Below, piece by piece: positions 1 through 9,349 of a stretch of 9,534 nucleotides of DNA. Positions within the stretch are counted from its first letter, which is position 1; each line of letters opens with the position of its first letter. Where the stretch lies: the NCBI GenBank assembly GCA_965644295.1, contig CBFFRP010000468.1:1-9534 (forward strand), read 5' to 3'. A program made the translations under genes and the position numbers. The stretch comes from Paraphysomonas bandaiensis. Lineage: Eukaryota; Protista; Chrysophyceae. The notes beneath the pieces are model-generated. The model was given only the letters and a program-made list of their open reading frames with translations. It made no database searches and was not told the DNA's origin.

Positions 1-325
1 GCTACATTAATATATATAACATTCGACTATCTTAAAGCTAAGTTGATTCGTACTATGTTTAAATATTTGAACGACTTCTGTTAAAAATTAACCTGTATAC
101 ACTGGGACTCACTCATTATTACCTTGGTTATCAATATACGACTTTTGCAGTAGCTATACCATCACTGGTCTCATACCACTTAGTGATTGTGTCACCAATG
201 TATATGAACAGTATCATAATACGTCTACGACATTATCATACGACAAACAGTTTGCTTTGAATTTGCACTCGAAGTCTGGCAGTCCTGAAAAGTGACGCAA
301 ACACGACATGCTGGGCGTTATCATG

Positions 326-3300
326 TTAATGTTGCACTGCATGCGTGCCTGTTGACTCAGAATACATATCATCCAAGAGTCCCTGGTACGCCTACACAAC
401 ATGGTTAATCACACCAAAACATTGCAAAGAAGGCGTGTTTCTTTACCTTTACAATATTGTTGCGTCTTAATGACATCTTTGGGGTCAACATATTGTTTTC
501 CTAATACACGATAGTGCCGTCATATAGAGAAGTGCAACTGTAGCATTGTATATATCGTTCCCACATGAACTCGCTTTGCATGCATGCATGCATGTATGTC
601 GGGTATACCTGTGTGAAAGGCTCAATAACCGGCGCCCAACGCTTTACTCGCTCATAACCCTTCATTGCGCTACCAGCAGAAATCAACTAAGAAGAAAAAA
701 TTAGGGATAGGTTAGGAACATACGTACTCATGTGGAAATTGATATTGATCAGAATTATGTAAAGCGAATATTCTACTCTAGTTCTATATCCAACACATAG
801 CAACTACATTTACATAAGAAGTAACTGTCACGGATACAACGGCATGCTATCCACAACAGAGTCACTACAGCAATTTCACCTCAGATGTGATCAACTTAAT
901 TACGCTATCACTCTTCATAAGGTTGGCCTGAACTTCTGTAGATGCAATATCTCCATCGATCGGGATTCCTTGCTTTTTGACCCATTCCTGAAGCTATTTC
1001 GATACCAATAATTAAACGAATGCCATCCACAAAGAGAAAAATCAAAAGCACTTAACGATACATCGATACAATTATGTAAAGGTACTGAACTAAACGTAAT
1101 AAACAATCCATACTCTACAATTTATCATGCACTAAATTACCTGTACGAAGTCCGGCACAACTAAGGCGACATTATGTTTTTGTCCAGCACCGTACACCAC
1201 ACACTGAGCAATAAATTGGCTTCGACAAATAGTATCCTCAAGTGGCACAGGGGTAACATATTTTCCGTTCTCGAGTTTGTACAACTCTTTGATTCTCCCT
1301 GCAATGTGAATAGGCAGTGGTGTTAGAACGCAATTGTGATACGTGTATAAGCATAGGTGTTATTCTACACACCTGTAATCTTAAGGAACTTGTTATCAAC
1401 CATTACCCCTAAGTCACCAGTCCTGAAGTATTTTGTGCCTATGCAGAAACAAGAATCAACTATACGTGGCTACATAGACAACGCAATAATGTCAATAAGC
1501 TTTACCATCAATGTAAGTAAACACTTCCTTGTTGGCTTCTTCATTATTGCGATAACCCGTCATTATGGAATCACCAGCAGCACAAACTTCTCCTTCTTCC
1601 CCAGGCCCAACTTCCTCCTATATATATCAACATTATACTTTACTTTGCAACTGTTTGCCAACCAAAACACAAGATACTACAAATCTAGAAACTACAAAAT
1701 ATATATGGAAACAATATCTAAGGCTCACATCACGAACGCACTCATGCTACATGACGAAGAAACACATACGACACGATGTACAACGTACCCCAGTCGCAGG
1801 GTCTAAAATCTTTACTGTCACGTTATACAGAGGTACACCAACACACCCAAGACGCCTTTTGTCCCAGCTCTCTGCGGCTACATACTAGATCAAAACGCAT
1901 GCAATACACATAGGTCATGATGAACAAAGTATATACTTACACGCAGTAATAACAGGTGATGTTTCAGTTAGGCCATAACCCTCAAGTATAGGCACTCCAA
2001 TATCTTCAAAGAACTGAATGACCTAACACCCAACAATATCACGGATATGTAATATATACGATGCGCTATTCCTACCTTGACATTGGTAGCAGCTCCGCCA
2101 GAGGCGATGAATTCTAGATTACCACCTAACACTTGCCGGATTTTTGACAGAACAAGCTACAACATAAAGACATTTAGACTATCGGATTCCTCGCCATATG
2201 TCGTTCTATGCACTGCACATTTAAAACACACAAGAGGAAACACTTTGCCACACACATCGCTGGGTCCATAAAATACACACACATATAAACGACGCTGCAT
2301 TGCATGAACCTTATCAGCTAGCTTGTGTTTGAAATCGAGCCAAGCGCTCACGGGTTTATGAAACTCCAAGTTGTGGTTCCTCTCCCTGCCATCATTCAAA
2401 CGTGTAACATAGAAACGAATGACTTGAGCCCAATGCACAATACAGCAGCATTCTAATCACATGTAAGCATTACCTTGCGATAGCCATAGCACCATGAAAC
2501 AATTTCTGCCTGATAGGAGGAGCAGCAGCTACTTTCGTATGCACCCCATCGTATATCTACAATAACCATTACACAAAAAAGTATTCGAATACACTTTAAT
2601 AATAGAGTATACTATTACATACAATAACACATATAACAAAGAGCGGATACCTTATTGAACAAAGCTGGCACAGACATTAACATGTTCGGCTTGACTATAG
2701 CAAATGCTTCCAATAGCTCCTCCCTGTTGGGACAAAGAGCAAGTGTAGATCCTTGGGCAACGAAGGCATGCAGTTCACATGTCTATCACCAAGAAGTTAA
2801 GCAATCACGAAAAGCCATGTGATACTGAATTGTGTAATCGAGTTTTGATAAAACAGAGAAAATTATATCAAACGCACAGCTCAAGGCAGATTACTTGATA
2901 CTTAAAAACACTTAACGAATACATGCAATGTACAGAAGGGATAATATATACTCGCGTGATATTACCAGGCCGTAAACATGAGACCAAGGGAGGAAGCAAA
3001 GTGATACATTCTGCTTTTCCAAATTATGAGCCTGTAGGTGCTTCAGGCCATACAAGTTGGACACGATATTGTGATGAGACAAGTTGACGCCCTAGAATAA
3101 AGGTAAGTTGTATGCAGCATAATAAATGGTAATATAAGTCAATATATCACAGTGTTATACTATATTTATAGCACCTCGTGCTGGGGGTATAAACAAATCG
3201 CATTAACTGTACCTTAGGGTTGCCAGTTGTTCCAGAAGTGTAAATGATGCAAGTGAGGTCATCCTTCGAAGGTATAACAGCTTCAGGAATATCTGCATCT

Positions 3301-3860
3301 TCCACCATATTCATCCATCGCTTATAACTGTGCATATACTCATCACTGGAGTCAAAACACAATACACTCTCAACATGACCAAATTTATTCACATAAGATT
3401 CTGTTTTCTCATAAATTTGTTCAGTTGCCACTAAAACCATTTTACTTTCTGAATCTTGTATAATATACTTCCAATCCTTCTCTGCTTGTGCCTCATACAT
3501 AGGAACTAATTGTGCACCAAGACTATTAGCAGCATATACTGCAGTTGCCCATTCCACACGATTATTACTAATCAAAGATATCTTGTCATTTGCTCCAATA
3601 TTGTGTTTAGCAAGAACACCACGAAATTTATCAACTTCTTTCCCAAAATCTTTAAAAGTCATCCATGAAAAATTATTTCCATTTTTTGTTCCAAAAAGAT
3701 ATTTTTCTGCATTAATTTCACAACTTTTACGTTGCATTTCAACTAAATTTGTAAAATCATAATCAACTGTTGCAATTGTACGACATGTGATATGATATAT
3801 GGGGGTTGATAGTTTGTGAAGGTTATGATAACGGTTTAATTTGATTGCAGAGGTGAACAT
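326..3860 (-). CDS. Long-chain fatty acid--CoA ligase (LACS/FadD-like, AMP-binding family), 15 exons, 654 aa, probable N-terminal mitochondrial targeting peptide
   Basis: Hand-spliced exons in transcription order: 3860-3213, 3091-2966, 2782-2651, 2556-2474, 2385-2310, 2156-2076, 2022-1941, 1877-1789, 1617-1506, 1438-1373, 1298-1141, 993-880, 686-609, 500-447, 391-326 (1965 nt, TAA at 328-326). All 14 introns are GT-AG (53-193 bp) and the frame is continuous. Adenylate-forming enzyme motifs appear in order: [12 protein letters not shown]|GV (AMP-binding P-loop), [17 protein letters not shown]|[28 protein letters not shown]|[18 protein letters not shown] (fatty acyl-CoA synthetase signature), [13 protein letters not shown]. 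Confidence 0.95.
577..599. repeat. Short (TGCA)4-TGTATGT microsatellite in LACS intron 13
   Basis: TGCATGCATGCATGCATGTATGT read directly. The (TGCA)4 part is self-complementary. Confidence 0.8.
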
Positions 3861-3995
3861 TATAATGCAATGAATAATACACTAATCGAAGGGATAATTG
3901 ATAGTATTGATAAGTAAGTGTATGAGAATTGAATAGTTGATAGAATGATGCAAGAGATGTGAGATATGGGGAGATATGGCTATAGATGGTGAGCT

Positions 3996-4110
3996 TGTGT
4001 ATGTATGTATGTATGTGCTGCTGTTGCATGTATATACACTATACACACATACGCATACACACACACACATACATACATACATACGCAGATATCCACACTG
4101 CTGCTGTATG

Positions 4111-4142
<32 letters not shown>
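3996..4142. repeat. Compound microsatellite with alternating orientation: (TATG)n - (CA)n/(CATA)n - (TATG)n
   Basis: TGTA tract at 3996-4017, CA/CATA tract at ~4042-4087, TGTA tract at 4105-4142. 3996-4017 and 4066-4087 are 21/22 reverse complements. Confidence 0.92.
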
Positions 4143-4326
4143 TAGAGCATGTGACGACATGAAATATTGGGAATGAGGGGGGTATAAAACCACTGATTTT
4201 TAGTCCTCATTCTGTTTTTTTGATGAGTAACAAATAACGAAAAAAGGGGATTTTTTAATTCTCTTCCTACATACAACTGTATCGTACGTACAGCAGTAGC
4301 AGATACCCCTCCAGGATACTCCACTC

Positions 4327-4442
4327 TGTATGTATGTATGTATGTATGTATGTATGTATGTATGTATGTATGTATGTATGTATGTATGTATGTATGTATG
4401 TATGTATGTATGTATGTATGTATGTATGTATGTATGTATGTA
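4327..4442. repeat. Perfect tetranucleotide microsatellite (TGTA)29
   Basis: 116 uninterrupted bases of TGTA in the intergenic region. Confidence 0.99.
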
Positions 4443-4690
4443 GTCCAAATATTAGGATATTTTATACCATATTTCTCTGAAATACTCTTAAATTATTCAA
4501 ATATAAGGGTTTTTATCATATTCCCTACTCCAATTTTTACGAAGATTTTCATACATTAGATTTCTAATATTTGAGATTTTAAATTTCATCTCACTCTCAC
4601 TCTCCATACACCCCCCTCTCATATATACACACATATATCATCAATCTACTTATAACATTATCATTATTCATTAGTATCTTATTTAAGAAG

Positions 4691-4744
4691 GTTTGATAAT
4701 GTGTTTGTCCTCATCTGACTGTGTTTGATGTCCTCATTCTGTAG
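4691..4744 (+). other. Probable 54-bp 5' UTR intron of NASP
   Basis: AAG|GTTTGA donor at 4691 and CTCATTCTGTAG acceptor ending 2 nt before the ATG. Length matches the smallest introns in the window. After splicing, an in-frame TAA lies three codons upstream of the ATG, supporting 4747 as the start. Confidence 0.5.
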
Positions 4745-4746
4745 AT

Positions 4747-7700
4747 ATGGCGATAGTAGAAGATCCGCGTTATAAACAGGTAGATCTCTGTATATCTCAC
4801 TCATCTCTGTATATCTTACTCATCTCTGTGCATCATATTCTCACAGGGATTGAAGTTACTTAATGAGAATCAATTTGATGAAGCAGCTGATTTTTTTTCA
4901 GAGTTATTACAATTCTGGTGAGTGTAACTAACCACTGCACACATACACCTCTACATACACACACATACATGCCTATATGCTATACATACACCTCTATATA
5001 CACTCACATACATGCCTATATGCTATACATACACCTCTATATACACTCACATACATGCCTATATGCTATACATACACCTCTATATACACTCACATACATG
5101 CCTATATGCTATACATACACCTCTATATACACTCACATACATGCCTATATGCTATACATACACCTCTATATACACTCACATACATGCCTATATGCTATAC
5201 ATACACCTCTATATACACTCACATACATGCCTATATAACTATACATACACCTCTATATACACACATACATGCCCATATAACTATACATACACCTCTATAT
5301 ACACTCACATACATGCCTATATGCTATACATACACCCCTATAAACACATACATGCATATATACACACATACATGCCTATATGCTATACATACACCTCTAT
5401 ATACACTCACATACATGCCTATATGCTATACATACACCTCTATATACACTCACATACATGCCTATATGCTATACATACACCCCTATACACACATACATGC
5501 ATATATAACTATACATACACCTCTATATACACACATACATGCCTATATAACTATACATACACCTCTATATACACACATACATGCCCATATAACTATACAT
5601 ACACCTCTATATACACTCACATACATGCCTATATGCTATACATACACCCCTGTAAACACATACATGCATATATACACACATACATGCCTATATGCTATAC
5701 ATACACCTCTATATACACTCACATACATGCCTATATGCTATACATACACCTCTATATACACTCACATACATGCCTATATGCTATACATACACCTCTATAT
5801 ACACTCACATACATGCCTATATGCTATACATACACCTCTATATACACTCACATACATGCCTATATGCTATACATACACCCCTATACACACATACATGCAT
5901 ATATAACTATACATACACCTCTATATACACACATACATGCCTATATAACTATACATACACCTCTATATACACTCACATACATGCCTATATGCTATACATA
6001 CACCCCTATACACACATACATGCATATATAACTATACATACACCTCTATATACACACACATACATGCCTATATGCTATACATACACCTCTATATACACTC
6101 ACATACATGCCTATATGCTATACATACACCTCTATATACACTCACATACATGCCTATATGCTATACATACACCTCTATATACACTCACATACATGCCTAT
6201 ATGCTATACATACACCTCTATATACACTCACATACATGCCTATATGCTATACATACACCTCTATATACACTCACATACATGCCTATATAACTATACATAC
6301 ACCTCTATATACACACATACATGCCTATATAACTATACATACACCTCTATATACACTCACATACATGCCTATATGCTATACATACACCCCTATAAACACA
6401 TACATGCATATATACACACATACATGCCTATATGCTATACATACACCTCTATATACACTCACATACATGCCTATATGCTATACATACACCTCTATATACA
6501 CTCACATACATGCCTATGTGCTATACATACACCCCTATACACACATACATGCATATATAACTATACATACACCTCTATATACACACATACATGCCTATAT
6601 AACTATACATACACCTCTATATACACACATACATGCCTATATGCTATACATACACCTCTATATACACTCACATACATGCCTATATGCTATACATACACCC
6701 CTATAAACACATACATGCATATATACACACATACATGCCCATATAACTATACATACACCTCTATATACACTCACATACATGCCTATATGCTATACATACA
6801 CCCCTATAAACACATACATGCATATATACACACATACATGCCCATATAACTATACATACACCTCTATATACACACATACATGCCTATATGCTATACATAC
6901 ACCTCTATATACACTCACATACATGCATATATAACTATACATACACCTCTATATACACTCACATACATGCCTATATGCTATACATACACCCCTATGCACA
7001 CATACATGCATATGTACACACATACATGCCCATATAGCTATACATACACCTCTATATACACACATACATGCCTATATAACTATACACACACCTCTATATA
7101 CACATACATGCCTATATAACTATACATACATCTCTATGGATACACACCTCTATACACACATACATGCCTATATAACTGTACATACACCTCTATACACACA
7201 TAACTCTATATACACCTCAATACACACCTCTAGCTTATAACTATCACATACATACAACTGTGCAGATATAACAAATTTACATAGTTATACATGCGTACAT
7301 ATAACTATATGTGCATGTAAATTATCACTAATATTTTTTACTTCAGTTCTGAGAAATATGGCGACGACAGTATCGAGATTGCTCCTGTATGGTTAGTTTC
7401 AAACTGTTTATATGGGCGTACATGTGATTGATTGTTCTCGATGCTTTTGTCCTGTGTCCGCATGACGATATGTCTTTTATACAGGCTTGAATACGGACGT
7501 GCTCTACTATTGAAGGAGCAGGAGAATCCCACCGATGATTTGTTGGGGGCGATGAGCGCAGAAGCCAAGAAGCAAGCACAAGCTCTAGGCGCTGAGCTGA
7601 ATGTAATTTAGTAACATCTAGTGTTGTATTTGTGGAATTCTGTATACACACAACTATGATACATACTGATATGTGTATTATTATTTCGGCTGTGCAATTT

Positions 7701-9131
7701 TTCATGTGGCCATAGTGTAGTGCATCTAGAGTTTCATACTGATGATGTGATCTGTGATGCAGGGAGGTGCTAGTTCCAGTGCTGCTGAGGACGAGAATGT
7801 GGACGAGGATGATGGTGCTGGTAATCTACATTTTGCATGACCTCATCAAGCATTGGGATACATTTACTCATGAACATTATAATATTACCGTATGTTTCGC
7901 AATATGCTGCGTACTGTCTCTTGCAAAGTATATGAATTTATGTATTTTGCTGCGACGAATGGTTAATGTTTCGATATCTAGGTGACGATAACGCTGAGAA
8001 CGAAGAGAATGAACCGAATGACATGGAAATAGCTTGGGAGGCTTTAGAGGTAATTGAAGTGAGTTCGCTTGGTATGATGATTTTTATTGGTTGTTAGGTG
8101 GCTAGAAGAACATTCGAAAGAGAAGGAGACTCAAAGTGGGACATATCTTTATCCGAGGTGCGCTTTTTTATTCCGTACCAAACTGTTTCCGCCGTCATAG
8201 AATTGAGTATGATACTCATGTGCTATGCTTTTCACCACGCTGACTATTTCTTATGCGCTCGTGTGTATCACTGTAGGTCTACCACTGTCTCGGTGAAGTA
8301 TGTAGATTTGATGGTAACTACAATGGGTCCATCGATGAGTACAAAAAATGTGTGAATCTAAGAGAATCTGTGTGTGAAGATTCGGACAGGTAAATTGGTT
8401 CGCGTACAGTTATTTTGGTACATGTATTGCGGTCTACGTAGTACAGTAGGTCTCGTTGAATTATCCGATTATCATGCATAATATGTTGCCATAATCCTAG
8501 CATGACCAAGTGAAACAATGTTACATAGGCTCCTCGCAGAAGCCCACTACTCTTTGGCTGTAGCTTACACGTACAATGCGGGTGAAGAAAACCCTACAGA
8601 GAACAGGATGAAAGCTGTACAACACCATAAAAAGGCCATGGAGGTAAAGGAGTTTGCATAGAGTATATGTTGTATTTATGCTCTGCTTAGGTACTGCAAA
8701 ATGCTAATAAGAAGTCTCCGTCAGAGGAGATAGAAGATCTTATTGACGAAGTTAAGGAAACTATAGTGGAGCTAGAAAAAGCTATAAAAGTACGTCGGTG
8801 TTATAATTATATTGTACGACATTCCTCGATAAAGAAACCTATTTACCCTGTATATTTCATACTTTAACGATTTCTGCAGCACGGTTCATTGGATTTAACA
8901 TCGAGAGTCAATGATAAAGGAGGGAGCACTACAAGTATCGGCTTTGGTGGTGCTGCAAGCTCATTTTCAAGTTCAAGTTCGAGTTCTATAACAGCGAAAC
9001 CCGCAACGATTATTCCATGTGTTGGTGCCAAGCGCGCTCGTGATGTGGTAGCATCAAATGAATCTAAGAAAAGTGTCAAGAATGAAGACGAAAAGTGTGA
9101 TACTGCAGTGAGTGAGTCGAGTGAAAAATAA
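4747..9131 (+). CDS. NASP: NASP/Sim3/Hif1-family histone H3-H4 chaperone (SHNi-TPR protein), 11 coding exons, 343 aa
   Basis: Hand-spliced exons: 4747-4779, 4847-4917, 7347-7391, 7485-7602, 7763-7820, 7982-8049, 8098-8157, 8277-8389, 8529-8643, 8691-8789, 8880-9131 (1032 nt), all GT-AG with a continuous frame. The protein shows the family layout: TPR1 (GLKLLNENQFDEAADFFSELLQFCSEKYG), TPR2 start (APVWLEYGRALL) interrupted by an acidic tract (EDENVDEDDGAGDDNAENEENE), DMEIAWEALEVARRTF, SHNi-TPR (VYHCLGEV...NYNGSIDEYKKCVNLRE), RLLAEAHYSLAVAY, a coiled segment (EEIEDLIDEVKETIVEL), TTSIGFG and a basic NLS-like KRAR. Confidence 0.9.
4784..4829 (+). repeat. 19-bp tandem duplication (x2.4) making up most of NASP intron 1
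   Basis: ATCTCTGTATATCTCACTC / ATCTCTGTATATCTTACTC / ATCTCTGT at 4784, 4803, 4822. Confidence 0.9.
4918..7346 (+). other. NASP intron 2 (2429 bp, phase 2), expanded by the minisatellite
   Basis: Donor TG|GTGAGT at 4918, branch-like CACTAAT at 7326-7332, pyrimidine tract and CAG acceptor ending at 7346. Splicing joins ...ELLQF-C-SEKYGDD..., restoring the NASP TPR1 pattern. Confidence 0.88.
4938..7255 (+). repeat. Minisatellite, 43-bp consensus TATACATACACCTCTATATACACTCACATACATGCCTATATGC, ~49 units of 40-60 bp plus a degenerate tail, inside NASP intron 2
   Basis: Exact 43-bp period at 4981, 5024, 5067, 5110, 5153. Variant units of 40, 41, 42, 44, 59 and 60 bp are interspersed. The array decays after ~7120. 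The 43-aa periodicity of the overlapping ORFs equals three units. Confidence 0.98.
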
Positions 9132-9349
9132 AGTGACGCTATAGGAGCTGTGGATATACTTATTATTTAACGTGCACTGAAAATATGTAACATTGGCTAG
9201 CTATGACAGCGTATTTGCATGTACGAACTGTTAGATAATACTAATGTCTCGAACTTAATGAACTAGGATTTCGAAATCATGGTCGTCTGCGGTAAATTCG
9301 GTATGGAAAACGACAGGCAGTTAGACGTGTCACAGTAGCTGGTTTCTCA

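Larger units (their letters stand above)
3861..4746. promoter_or_regulatory. Putative bidirectional promoter and 5' UTRs between divergent LACS and NASP genes
   Basis: 886 bp between two divergent ATGs. Very AT-rich core (~4443-4585). CT-rich, G-poor sequence on each gene's own sense strand. Transcription start sites cannot be determined from sequence. Confidence 0.65.

Noticed and set aside
78-226. Splice-like signals on the minus strand downstream of the LACS stop (possible 3' UTR exon 224-123 and 45-bp intron 122-78)
   Set aside because: All three frames contain stops, and GT/AG matches alone are not sufficient without transcript data.
1357-2271. Plus-strand ORFs 1357-1806, 1565-1888, 2077-2271
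   Set aside because: Antisense to LACS exons and introns, with no recognisable protein features.
3147-3212. 237-aa ORF read as a truncated/pseudogenised acyl-CoA synthetase
   Set aside because: The tail VQLMRF... is read-through into intron 1. The AAG|GTACAG donor joins in frame to GVNLSH at 3091 and the gene is complete.
326-3212. Nucleosome-length periodicity of exon+intron units or active introner elements
   Set aside because: Exon+intron lengths range from 109 to 309 bp without a clear period. No terminal inverted repeats or inter-intron similarity are visible.
3823-4559. ORFs with YIHT/MYVC repeats
   Set aside because: Translations of (TATG)n/(CATA)n microsatellites.
4918-7119. Long His/Tyr/Thr/Ile-rich ORFs (up to 385 aa) in all three + frames
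   Set aside because: The 43-bp A unit contains no TAA/TAG/TGA on the + strand, so it is open in all frames by composition. The region lies in a well-bounded NASP intron.
4938-7255. CRISPR array or telomeric repeat interpretation of the tandem array
   Set aside because: No unique spacers, no cas genes, eukaryotic spliced context, and the array is internal to a gene with a long low-complexity unit.
7338-9079. Minus-strand ORFs 7338-7568, 7343-7705, 8318-8518, 8864-9079 and plus ORF 7767-7985
   Set aside because: Antisense or off-frame shadows of NASP exons/introns.
326-9131. Functional link between acyl-CoA synthetase and histone chaperone (e.g. histone acylation module)
   Set aside because: Only adjacency supports it. 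The ligase appears mitochondrial and long-chain type, and head-to-head pairs of unrelated genes are common in compact eukaryotic genomes.
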